Shown here: positions 39,090-49,751 of the stretch, piece by piece
Numbering within the stretch: the first letter of the stretch is position 1
How the letters are laid out: every line of letters starts with the position of its first letter
Source of the DNA: TPA_inf: Saccharomyces
Taxonomy: Eukaryota
Length of the DNA: 64,000 bases
Direction of reading: 5' to 3'
Assembly: GCA_000146045.2 (NCBI GenBank)
Contig: BK006939.2
Location: forward strand, 512,875 to 576,874
Position numbers and translations under genes: made by a program
The notes under the pieces: generated by a model
Told to the model about the DNA's origin: nothing
Databases searched by the model: none
What the model saw: the letters and a program-made list of their open reading frames with translations, nothing else

Positions 39090-39375
39090 GAGCATCATTC
39101 TCAGATTCAGTTGAAAGTTGCTGACGATTTTCAGGGGTCCCATTTCTAGTAAAACGACATTAGACATATACTAGAAGTTCTCCTCAAAAGATACAGGAAT
39201 CAATAAAAGAGAATCGGCAATTCTAAATAGCATATTATTATTACTTCTTTTGCTTTGTAAGTTGTAATTTACAATCCTATTACATTATCGTTTCTTGATT
39301 TCAACTTCCATTAGATTTGATTATGACTGCCATCATTTTGGGTCACCGTACGTGAACATTGGTTTGCAACAGGAA
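39090..39375 (-). mobile_element. second, degenerate delta-like LTR fragment in inverted orientation
   Basis: Plus strand carries tatactagaagttctcctc and atcctattacattatc ... cttccattagatttga, which are reverse complements of delta-internal motifs. Confidence 0.55.
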
Positions 39376-39650
39376 TAAAAGTCTTGAGATGTTGTACTCT
39401 GAGCAAATAAACAAAAGGAATTCTTTCTAATATTTCACAAAACTGATTTCCAAAAATGTCTCTAAGTACTCCATTAGCGACACATTTTACATTTCATTTA
39501 TTTAACATAATACCTTATTTAAAGATTGATTAATTTTCGATGAGGCATACCCCTTGGCAGAAAAGGAACAAACTCACAAAGTGCACAAAGAGTTTATAAA
39601 GAAACTAAGAAAAGTAAGGAAGAGAAAGAGACCGTACCAGCAAGGCCAAG

Positions 39651-40385
39651 ATGTTTAAAAGAATCGCAATAGCCCAGATAAGAACGTATACAAATGGCGT
39701 TGTTTTCAAGACAGCCTCTAAACCCAAAAGAAGATGGATTCCATGGACAATTTTTGGGGGAAGTTTTCTTGGAGGGTGGTACTTGACACAGCATATGACG
39801 TTCACGGACTTACTAGCTTATTGGAGATATGATGCCCTACCCAAGAACGCAGATGAAGTCGTCAAATATCACGCTGATCTGAATAGACGTTTAAATGGCC
39901 TACCCATAGTAAAACAGTTGGAGAATGCTGGTTTTGTACAAGTGATTGCTAATGAAGAGGAGAACTTGTTAGTGTCAAGGGCATTAAATACACCAGGTGG
40001 CGTCGCTATACCACCAAGAGTTTACTACAACCCCAGTAGGCGTGAAACTGTCGGGCTATACCATTTAGGAATGAAACTTACTGGTTATCCTTTCTTAATT
40101 CACGGAGGCATTTTAGCAACAGTTATTGAAGATTTAATGAAGGAGGCCATTAGACTCGAAAAAGGAACAAAAAATATAAACCAAGAAACCAAGAATTTGA
40201 GTATCTCGTACAAGTTCCCCACGTTAGCTAATCAATTTGTTGTAGTAAGAACCACCGATCTTCAGCAATACGGTAACAAAACTAAATTAAAGGCTGAACT
40301 TATGGACCAAAGTGGCAACAGGACATTGGTCAAAGCTAATGCCACGTTTTCTAGCGAACAAGGGAATCCAAAAGAAGAAAAATAG
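39651..40385 (+). CDS. FMP10: mitochondrial protein of unknown function, 244 aa
   Basis: 244-aa ORF with N-terminal presequence-like region and one TM segment; position matches YER182W. Confidence 0.8.
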   Translation: MFKRIAIAQIRTYTNGVVFKTASKPKRRWIPWTIFGGSFLGGWYLTQHMTFTDLLAYWRYDALPKNADEVVKYHADLNRRLNGLPIVKQLENAGFVQVIANEEENLLVSRALNTPGGVAIPPRVYYNPSRRETVGLYHLGMKLTGYPFLIHGGILATVIEDLMKEAIRLEKGTKNINQETKNLSISYKFPTLANQFVVVRTTDLQQYGNKTKLKAELMDQSGNRTLVKANATFSSEQGNPKEEK

Positions 40386-40398
40386 ATTTGCCGTCTAC

Positions 40399-40422
40399 TT
40401 ATTTATTTATTTATTTATTTAT
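40399..40422. repeat. (ATTT)n microsatellite, about 6 units, in FMP10 3' flank
   Basis: Direct read: ttatttatttatttatttatttat. Confidence 0.85.
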
Positions 40423-40459
40423 ACAATAGCTGTACCATGTAAATAATACATATATGAAA

Positions 40460-41095
40460 TTATTGAAACCAATGTATGGATCCATCTCCGCATACTATAC
40501 AATCCATGGAATAATCATGTTTTTCTAAAGGAATTGGAGAGGCCACCTGTTCCATAAGACATAGTCCAACTAGGAGGGGCTTTTGGCCTTCATGCAGTAT
40601 CTTATACCGTTGGAAAAAATCGTCATAATACCCAGCACCGTGACCCATCCTTGCACCAGTTTTAATATCAAACGCCACTCCAGGCACCAATACGACATCT
40701 AGAATATCTGATTCCTCAATATGCGGTTCAGGCTCTTTTAGTTGATATGGACCTTGAGGCTTCAAATCACGAACCATTTTCAAACTACTCATTCGATGGA
40801 ATATTAAATGTGGATGATGATCTTCCCGTAATTTGAAGTGTTTCGATTCAGAAGTATGAGTACATCTTGGCAGAAAGACCTCCTGGCCATCTTGAAATAA
40901 ATTCTTAATGATTTCTCCAGTCGTTACTTCTCCTTTATCCATGCTCATATAACACGCTACACGCCTAGAATTGGCGGAAGCGATCAATGAGCGTACTGCT
41001 TGAGAAATAGTATGCGACTCTGCAGCGATAATATCGTAGTCAAGAGCATTTATTACCCTTTTGATTTGACGTCTCAGTAATTGCTTAGTGGCCAT
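40460..41095 (-). CDS. FAU1: 5-formyltetrahydrofolate cyclo-ligase, 211 aa
   Basis: 211-aa ORF with the 5-FTHF cyclo-ligase fold signature (GxGxGYYD region: MGHGAGYYD). Confidence 0.85.
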   Translation of the reverse strand: MATKQLLRRQIKRVINALDYDIIAAESHTISQAVRSLIASANSRRVACYMSMDKGEVTTGEIIKNLFQDGQEVFLPRCTHTSESKHFKLREDHHPHLIFHRMSSLKMVRDLKPQGPYQLKEPEPHIEESDILDVVLVPGVAFDIKTGARMGHGAGYYDDFFQRYKILHEGQKPLLVGLCLMEQVASPIPLEKHDYSMDCIVCGDGSIHWFQ

Positions 41096-43421
41096 TAATT
41101 TTTTGTAGCTATATAAAGATAGCGTAGCTGACAGTAATTTTTATTTTTGCCATTTCAATGATTAAATATTATTCGGAAGAAATCTGAGAAAATTATATAT
41201 ATCCTTCAAGAGAATGAAGCTGCTAACTGATTAATAAAAACAGCTTTAATCACAAATCTCTCACGACATGAAATAAAACACCCTTGCAAACAGATGTGGA
41301 AGACTGATTGCCACAAAGCTTCGGGCTCGCAAGCAGAATGGTTTTCAGGAAGTGACTTACTAAGCTCGAATATTGTCCTAGATAGCAAACAGGCCTTTGA
41401 TGGAATCAGTTTGTCTCCTGAAGGTTTTTTTGAAATAAAATGATAAATGAGAATAGCAGACCAGTTCTACGGGTAGGATTGAGATATAAAACGAGAAAGG
41501 CACTCTCTCACTGAAAAGTAATGAAAAATTATCAGAACTCCAATCTGCTGTCTTTACATCCTCGAGAATATCGCTAAGCTATCGATACTACGAATGATCC
41601 AGATACGACAGTCTTCGCTGGCGATCTTTTTGGACTAAATTTGCTCACTGATACACTAAAAAGCCTACGCAACTACACAAAGGTAAGAAACCACAATCGC
41701 TACCCATTAATCCTTATTGGCATTGTAGCCCCATATAATAGAAGTGAAAGAGTAACATTGCGCCATTTTTCGCTACTAAATAACCTCAAGAAATGTGTCC
41801 AGCTTATGGTTCCCATAGAGCGAGAATATATGACTTAAAGCATATCCCTGAGTGGGTTGCACTGGTACACACTCTGTGATGGTGGAGCACATTAATTAAA
41901 ACTCAAAAAAATTATCACGATATGGACAAAAATCTAAATGGGCAAGTATCTCTCACAAAAAGACCTCACGTATTTTATGAAATTACAAATTGACGTATTT
42001 CAACCTTGTTTACTCTAAAGTTCCCCCATATAGCATAGGGGTGCTTTGGGTTTATTTAATCGTCAAATATAGTCCGATTTGTCTCATTATTCTTGTGTCG
42101 GAAAAAAATTTATTGAAGCGACTACTACCTAGATATTCTGCAATTTTTCCTATAATATAATATGCCTCACCCCAATCAGTCCCTCTTTATGACAAGAAAT
42201 AAGACTACAGTGTTACATCAGATACTCCACATTCCCCCTATCGAAACCCAACAAGAGCGCTATCTCTTATACAACATTTCACAAAAAACATGTGATATGC
42301 TTTCAATTGATCCTATCAATATCAAAATTATCATTCTCACTGCATTATCCTTCATTTTCGTTAGTGCGCATCCTCCATTTTGGGACGTGTCTACCAAATA
42401 AAGAATGATGCGAGATACAAAGTAGGTGATAACATCAGAACCCGGTGTTAGAATGCAAGGTATAATCAGCAAAAAAAAAAAAAATGTGTAAAAAAAAAAG
42501 GTCGGTTACCAGCTTTACTAAATGTTTTCTATTGAATAAAATCATAGAATTCCATAAGTGACTGTGACATTTTCCACCCAGTTGATACAGTTCAATGAAT
42601 TCTCACTGCAGCTATATTTTGGATGCTTCTCCACTTTGTAATATACATTGTGATGTTTCTTTGATGAAAGATATAAAATATTAAAAAAAGTTGATTCTTA
42701 CATCTCATCTTTGTCATAAAAATCCTCTGGAATGGCACCTTAGAATTTCTAGGCACAGGAAACTATTCGATTTTTCTAATATATGAATCTAAGTCAAATT
42801 CAATATCTATGTTATTTCAGAAAGTGGAGTAGGTGTGCTTTTAAGAGAACGGATTTATGACGGAAAACTAGGTTAAATAGACGAAGAAAAGCTGAAGTAA
42901 TTATCGTTTTGCTGAAACTTTCAGGATAATCCCTATCATAATATATTCCTATCAAGCGATGAGCAACGGAAAGCTGTGAATTGTGAATGTAACAACAAGA
43001 CTATGTGAAGCAATTTTTAAGAGTTATTTCATTTAGCAATCTTTTGAGACCCGAAATACTCAAAGAACGATAAAATCGTGGGACGAATAATTAGACTAGC
43101 AACAATAAAAGGAGTAAATACAACTAGATTTGTGAGTGTGTGTAATTGCGTGTAGCTTGAAAGACTTACCACAGTGGTATCAACACCATACTCGAATCGT
43201 TCTAGATCTTGCATAAAAAAAGGACATTTACTTTTACTTACTAGTTATGAGCCACCTTTGATTTCATGGTACAGCCCATAACCTTCCTGAAAGCGGTGCA
43301 TAACGTAAGGGACTAGATTAGAATCACAAAACCTTTTATTGCATTCTACAGTATTCGTCTAAATCAAGGGATTTTATTTCCTAATTGAAAGTGATCAATT
43401 GTTTAGGTGCATACTTGGTTT

Positions 43422-45806
43422 TTACTCTCCGAGGTTTTCTTTAGTAATACCAAATTCAGTGTCCTCCCAAAATAGATTGAGAAGGTCTGGTAGAGATTCT
43501 GCAGTCACAAAATTTTCGAGGCTACAAAAGTCCATGCCAACTGAAACACTGGTGCTGCTGGGTGACAACTTCTCATAACAAGCACCTTCTTGATTTTTTC
43601 CCTGTACGCCAATAACTCTATTATTCACCAAATCACCCATTTCCCTATCAAGAATGCTGAGAATTTCTTTACGGAAGCTTGATTCTTTGTGTTCGCCTAT
43701 AATATTCCTGTACCAGATACATTCAATGTCCAACGCAGCTTGACCAGCATCTGAGCAAGCCTGGCCATATTTTTTCAATTCACAAAACAGCGATTCCTTA
43801 GCCATTTTCTGTGAACGTGTGTACATCTGACAGCAGATGCGTGTTAGGATGAAAGAAACCGCTGTTCCATTTTCCAACTTTTTAGAGAAGGCGTTGTTGC
43901 CCTTGAAATTAACATTGCCAGAGCTCACAAATAAGTCATTATATGAGGCTATCATGCGGCACATCAAGGATAAATAACATATCGAGTTCCTTCTAGGGGT
44001 CTCGATAAAATTCAAGGTAATATTCATCAAGATGGCATATATGAACCACGAACAACGGAAAATATAGAACGTATCTTCGTGCTTGAGAACATCCGTCAAA
44101 ATATCTACAGATGCTTCAAAGGTTTGAAGCCTGATGTCCTTTACGCAGGAATCAAGTTCAATTCTCTCTCTTTCTTGTAGAAGATTTTGTATCCTTAAAA
44201 TTAAACTCTCCATTCCCTGAAAACAACAAACCTTTGCAAATCCGAAATGGGTGTATAGTTCAAATACATTACTATTTTCAGAATATTGTTTGAGGAAAGG
44301 GATTAGTTTGTCTTGTATGCACTGAAAAATTTTACATATTTTTGAAAACTCTACCATAAGCTGTCGTGCGGTTCCATTTAGGTCTTTAGCGTTAGGAGTT
44401 GCAAATAATCTGTAGTCTGTAAAGTGTCGATTATAAAGCAAACCAGAGAATACCGCTGTAATAATTTTCGTTAATAGAATATAGCCGAAAGAGATACAAA
44501 TATCAAACTTACTTGGGTCGAGCTCCACCAAGTTTATTAAAGTAAAACAGTCCATCGAATCATCTACCCCTAATCCAACCACATCCTTGGGAAAGAGACA
44601 CGAAGTCATTTCATGTGGTATCAATGGCTGCTTACCGGTGACCAATGAATACCATCTATCCCACCAGTAGCAGTCCCACCATAACTTACGATATTCTTCG
44701 GCAGTGTCCTCATCCTGACCAATATAATATTCCCAACGATTCAAACCAGCATCCAAACTTCGCCTGGACATCGTGGAAATAATTCTTCCCAGCACAAAAG
44801 GATCGTCTATCCAATATCTGTGTTTCATCAACGAGACTAAGCCCTTTAAAATAGTCAAGTCGTACATTGTCGAAAATAGGGATCTTTCAAAATATTCAAG
44901 ACAGAGACAAAAAATCAACTCATCTTGCTCAAGAAAATATTTCAAAGGAAGTAATTTTTTGGAACTTTTACGATCCAACGCCTTGTGGTGCTGTTCCATC
45001 AATTGTACTCCGTACATAAACCAGTCTGTTGGTTTATTGAATTTGATTGTTTGGTTAATGTTTGTATTTCCTTTGATTTCATTCGATATATTTGACATAA
45101 TGTGTTGAATAAGTACGTCGTTCCCACATGAAAGTCCGTTTAGCTTTGAATAATACTCTAAAGGAGATATCGAAGTTACTTTAGGACCAGCATGGCTAGC
45201 AGAGCTAGCGTCAAGAAACTTCAAAAATAAATAGATAGTTTCTCTCGTCTCCCTATCATTCGAACATGAAATCAATTTTTTAGTTATCCAGCTAATACCC
45301 GTAGAGGCAAAATATAGCAACGGTGAATAGACCCCAAAGTACATACTGACATTTTGTGCAGTATTGCTTTCAAAAGCGTTGGAGAACCTATTCAAAGATT
45401 TTGACTGTTTCCCGATAATTTCTGTTTCTATCGATTTCAGGCCACCATACGAGCTAATTTCCTTACTGTCCAGATTGAGGTAAAGCTGAGGTTGTATTTT
45501 TTCAAGCTCAGTGCAAATGTTTGCTAGGCCTTTCTGTAAAGAGGCCGGTGCGCTTGGAGGTAACTGTGCCTTCAATTTTGCTATGCTGCACTTAGCATTA
45601 TCCAAATCATTACTGAGACTACCAGTATAATTGAAAAAAGCCTCAATCGGTTCACGAAATTGATTTCTATACGTACATTTTGATTGAGACCCAATACACC
45701 CAAAACATGGCTTCTTACTGTTGCACTTAATCTTTTTCCTATGGCATCTATCACAGGCCTTGGTTACCCTAGATTTTTGTTTGGCTAATCCTCTTTTTGC
45801 TGCCAT
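43422..45806 (-). CDS. TOG1: Zn2Cys6 binuclear-cluster transcription factor, 794 aa
   Basis: N-terminal CDRCHRKKIKCNSKKPCFGCIGSQSKC; fungal transcription-factor middle domain; 794 aa, matching YER184C. Confidence 0.85.
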   Translation of the reverse strand: MAAKRGLAKQKSRVTKACDRCHRKKIKCNSKKPCFGCIGSQSKCTYRNQFREPIEAFFNYTGSLSNDLDNAKCSIAKLKAQLPPSAPASLQKGLANICTELEKIQPQLYLNLDSKEISSYGGLKSIETEIIGKQSKSLNRFSNAFESNTAQNVSMYFGVYSPLLYFASTGISWITKKLISCSNDRETRETIYLFLKFLDASSASHAGPKVTSISPLEYYSKLNGLSCGNDVLIQHIMSNISNEIKGNTNINQTIKFNKPTDWFMYGVQLMEQHHKALDRKSSKKLLPLKYFLEQDELIFCLCLEYFERSLFSTMYDLTILKGLVSLMKHRYWIDDPFVLGRIISTMSRRSLDAGLNRWEYYIGQDEDTAEEYRKLWWDCYWWDRWYSLVTGKQPLIPHEMTSCLFPKDVVGLGVDDSMDCFTLINLVELDPSKFDICISFGYILLTKIITAVFSGLLYNRHFTDYRLFATPNAKDLNGTARQLMVEFSKICKIFQCIQDKLIPFLKQYSENSNVFELYTHFGFAKVCCFQGMESLILRIQNLLQERERIELDSCVKDIRLQTFEASVDILTDVLKHEDTFYIFRCSWFIYAILMNITLNFIETPRRNSICYLSLMCRMIASYNDLFVSSGNVNFKGNNAFSKKLENGTAVSFILTRICCQMYTRSQKMAKESLFCELKKYGQACSDAGQAALDIECIWYRNIIGEHKESSFRKEILSILDREMGDLVNNRVIGVQGKNQEGACYEKLSPSSTSVSVGMDFCSLENFVTAESLPDLLNLFWEDTEFGITKENLGE

Positions 45807-46579
45807 CTCAATAAAATATAAAAAGCTAAAAAGCTTAAAATTTAAACAACAATAATGTCGTTAACCTAATGCGCTTATTCGATGAGATTTGGATTTGCTT
45901 CTAGCTTATAGAAAGGAAGAAAGTTTTTACTGTTCAAAGCACACATCAAAAAAATTATTACCCAGCCTTTCAAACAAACAAAGTACTCCAAAATAGTTAT
46001 TTTTGAATACTAGCAAACCAACCAATCACTTTTTTTGTTGGATTATCAAATAAGCCTAATCAGGTCTTTCATGCAGCGTTGAATCCAGGTTACTTCACCG
46101 CACCTTAAGTTAAGATCAGGACAGTATCGGCTGTTCCTGAGAAACCAGCCATATTCAAGTTTCGGTATCCTAACCGTTGATATTGTCCTTATTTGTCGAC
46201 CTTCAAATATTGTGGCTGCCATGTATATGAGCGCCTCGATCTATTATGACTAAGCCATGCGATTGTCGTGTAATGGTATCGCGCATACTGAAGGTTTCAG
46301 CCCTGTTTTGATGTGCCGCGGCAAAGTGGTTTTTCTCCATACAGGATGAAGTGTTTCTTTCCCCATGCCGCGGCAAGCTCATCCTAAATAAATCTCAACT
46401 TTTCAACTAAATGTACTTCAATTGAACAAATGCCAAGACCTCAAATGAATCAGTATAAAAGCACCTACCGAATCAATTGTGGGATGTATAGTCTCTTGCC
46501 TCAAAATGTCCAGGATAGTAGGTTAATAGTGTCCAATTACATAGCTACTTAATCTTTTATTGTCCATCAACGTTCCAAA

Positions 46580-47491
46580 ATGTCCACAACTGATTCGGGG
46601 TTCGTACTTTACCACTATACGCCAAGTAAAGCGGCTGCAATCGTATTTGTCGTACTCTTCATTATAATGACAGTCATTTTTGCCGTTCAAACTTTATATG
46701 CTGCGAGAAAATCTTCTAAGGCATTGAAAAATAATCCATTTGAGTCATCTGATGATAAGGTCGATAGTCTTGAGGATGCTGAATACAAGCAACTAAAAAT
46801 CACACCCACAGTTTTTGCGTTTATACCTTTCTTCACTGGCTGCATCATGGAAGCTGTCGGGTATATCGGGAGGGCTCTATCCAGTTCCAATCCTGAAAGA
46901 ACGACCCCATATATTATCCAATCTGTTCTTTTATTAGTCGCTCCAGCACTAATAGCTGCGACGATTTATATGATTTTTGGAAGGTTATTACATGTTATGA
47001 GGTGCCAATCTTTAATTTTGATTTCTGCACGCTTTGGTACGACTTTCTTTGTTGTGGGAGATGTGTTTAGTTTCTTTTTACAAGCTGCAGGTGGCGGACT
47101 AATGTCTAAGGCAGGATCAACGAAGACTGGTTCAGGACTCATAACTGCGGGTCTTTTTGTACAGGTAATTTTTTTTGGATTTTTCATTATCAATGAGATA
47201 AGATTCACAGTAAATGTTAAAAGGAGATGCTTATTTTACGAAGATATTTCCAGAAAGTGGATCTTTGTGAATGCTACCCTATTATTAAGCAGTATGTTGA
47301 TCCTACTACGTTCAATTGTCCGAATAGTTGAATTTATTCAGGGATTCAATGGCTATATAATCTCTCATGAGTATTTCATATATGTCTTCGATGCTGTACC
47401 TATGTTATTGGTAATAATAGCATTTAGTGTGGGATCCTTTTTCGGCAACGTATTCGATGTTATAAAGGAGTGTCAAACGTTAAGTAATTAG
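46580..47491 (+). CDS. PUG1: RTA1-family 7-TM protein (protoporphyrin uptake), 303 aa
   Basis: Seven hydrophobic segments; RTA1-like family; 303 aa, matching YER185W. Confidence 0.85.
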   Translation: MSTTDSGFVLYHYTPSKAAAIVFVVLFIIMTVIFAVQTLYAARKSSKALKNNPFESSDDKVDSLEDAEYKQLKITPTVFAFIPFFTGCIMEAVGYIGRALSSSNPERTTPYIIQSVLLLVAPALIAATIYMIFGRLLHVMRCQSLILISARFGTTFFVVGDVFSFFLQAAGGGLMSKAGSTKTGSGLITAGLFVQVIFFGFFIINEIRFTVNVKRRCLFYEDISRKWIFVNATLLLSSMLILLRSIVRIVEFIQGFNGYIISHEYFIYVFDAVPMLLVIIAFSVGSFFGNVFDVIKECQTLSN

Positions 47492-48830
47492 ATAATATAT
47501 ATCAAATTTTGATTTCTATGTAGTGCAGCCAATCAATTTTAACTTCATTTAGAATAAAAATCTTTCCTCTTCTGCTTTGAAGCCATTAAAACGAAAGATC
47601 TAGGCGGTACTATTTCTCCATTCTCAGCCGTACAATCATGCACCGAAAAGGAAGGCAATGTATTGAATTTTTCGCCGAGAACAAAATATTTGTAAACACT
47701 CGTTAGATTCCGCATTGTTAAGTGGCATCACAAACACAATCAAGATTAAGAGAAAAGTAGCTCGTTGAGAAAGATTCTTGTACATATCGGGATACTTCTG
47801 AAGTCTAATAAAACATTCAAATAAAGACAGACTGGATAAAAGATTCCTGAACGTCAAAACTTATATCTTCTTGTCCCTTGGAATGTCTCTCTGCTCTTAT
47901 ATTGTTGCTGTTGAGTGGTCTCATGACAATAAAGTATGTCACTGAATTGAAGACTACTGAACCATGGCAGCTAATACAATCACGCCCATCCAGAAAAGTG
48001 TCGTGTGGCGAAAATTTTTGTTCACGTTGAACAGAGGGTACTGATTTCAAAGTGCTCTTAAGTCGTAATGACGGCCCTAATAATGATTTCCAGACCCTTT
48101 GGAAGGAGTTTCTTCTTTAAGTACTGCCCTCCCTGATCTATATTTGTAGGAAATTTTTAAAGTACCTAGCCTTTTTCTCAGTCACGGCTGTAGAGTGTAC
48201 ACAGAGCCTTTGAAGTTTGGTGCTTTACGAAATTAAAGCAGTCACCTATGTCATTTAGCTACAAAAAACTCGTCTAGAAGAACAGCACATCGGCCTCCTA
48301 TATCGGTACTCATCACAGAATCAATGTATAGTATGTGTCAAGGAGAATGTATTAACGCCAAATTAAAGGCACACTAACATGTAATGAAGCTGGTGTTATA
48401 TATTTTTTTTCAATTGACGTGAAACTCAGTGTCTTAGAATTATTTTTTAGTTCAAAGAGTACGGCTATTGAAGTGAGCCACAATGTCATTTAGCTTTATA
48501 AACACAAGAGTAAAAGTGCGCTTGTCTTCGCCTCAATGAATTAATGGAGCAGAAAATTTCTTAACGGTCAGCAATACTTGAAAATAATTTTAGCAGTTCA
48601 AACTTTCGTTGTTATCTTGATACTGAACTCTCCTTAGTATTCATATAAATGATTCTATTTAATAGTCCCCTCCGCAGGGTAATTTTAAGGCCTTCTTTTA
48701 TTTCCAAAGGAATTAGTATATAGCATATAATATAATTTATCACCAAATCAACAGAAAATATCATAATAGCATTAACCCGCAAGAATTTCTTTAAATGAAC
48801 ACAGTTTTCTGCAGTGTTAAATAGAAATTT

Positions 48831-49751
48831 CTAATTATCCTGCATCCAAGACATGAAATCGGTATATTCAAGGAAATTTATTAGCACTGAAATGCATATA
48901 TTCATTTTTGTTAGCCACGGAACTGAACTCTCATTATAATGTGGCGGTCCGGTTTCCCCTAAAAATAATTGAGGGCATATATGCATATCTTTTCGAGACT
49001 CAGGTTGAAAAAGAGCCTCCTTAGTTCTGCACATACATCCAATAGTAGGGCAGGAGTCCCAATCAAATTTAGGTATGTCCTCTATGCTATCACCCACCTC
49101 TGGTAAACAGCCAATTGCGGCCTTTATGATGAACAGTGAGGAATTCAAATTAAATTTACTCTCTGAGGTGAAAACCCATTTCATAATAACCTTTTTATCC
49201 TCTACAACATATACTGATCTAATTTCAGAGCATCTAACCAGTGTCAATATCCTAAAATCTTCCTTTTTTCCGAAGTTGAGCTCTAGTATGTGGGATATTC
49301 TCTCCTTATTGCGATAATAGCTTGTTTTCTTCACCTTAACAGTGCAAAAAAGAACTTTAAACAGAGTGAAACCGTCGCACTCTCCTTTTACCTCATAATC
49401 CGACTCTTCAGGGAAGTCCCCATTTTTCAATATCTCGTATTGATAAAAAAGAAAACCCACATAATCTCGCCTAACAAAAAAAGGCTTCTTAGTGCGGAAG
49501 GCAAATAACGGCAAGCCCTCTCCATCCGCCGTAAATGACTTGAAGGGATGCTTCCTACTTGCAAACAGATTTATAGATCGTTGTGATTTGAATATTAGAT
49601 CGTCTTTGAAAACACGAAGCTTGACCATTCCAGTTTTCGTTACAGTATCAAATTTAAACTTATCCGGAACATCCTTCCTGTCTTCGTTAGCGTAGATTTC
49701 TTCTTCTATAGCCTTTACTCGAGGCTCGTAACCATCAGGATGCCACAGCAT
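48831..49751 (-). CDS. uncharacterized subtelomeric protein, 306 aa (YER186C)
   Basis: 306-aa intact ORF; position and length match YER186C. Confidence 0.75.
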   Translation of the reverse strand: MLWHPDGYEPRVKAIEEEIYANEDRKDVPDKFKFDTVTKTGMVKLRVFKDDLIFKSQRSINLFASRKHPFKSFTADGEGLPLFAFRTKKPFFVRRDYVGFLFYQYEILKNGDFPEESDYEVKGECDGFTLFKVLFCTVKVKKTSYYRNKERISHILELNFGKKEDFRILTLVRCSEIRSVYVVEDKKVIMKWVFTSESKFNLNSSLFIIKAAIGCLPEVGDSIEDIPKFDWDSCPTIGCMCRTKEALFQPESRKDMHICPQLFLGETGPPHYNESSVPWLTKMNICISVLINFLEYTDFMSWMQDN

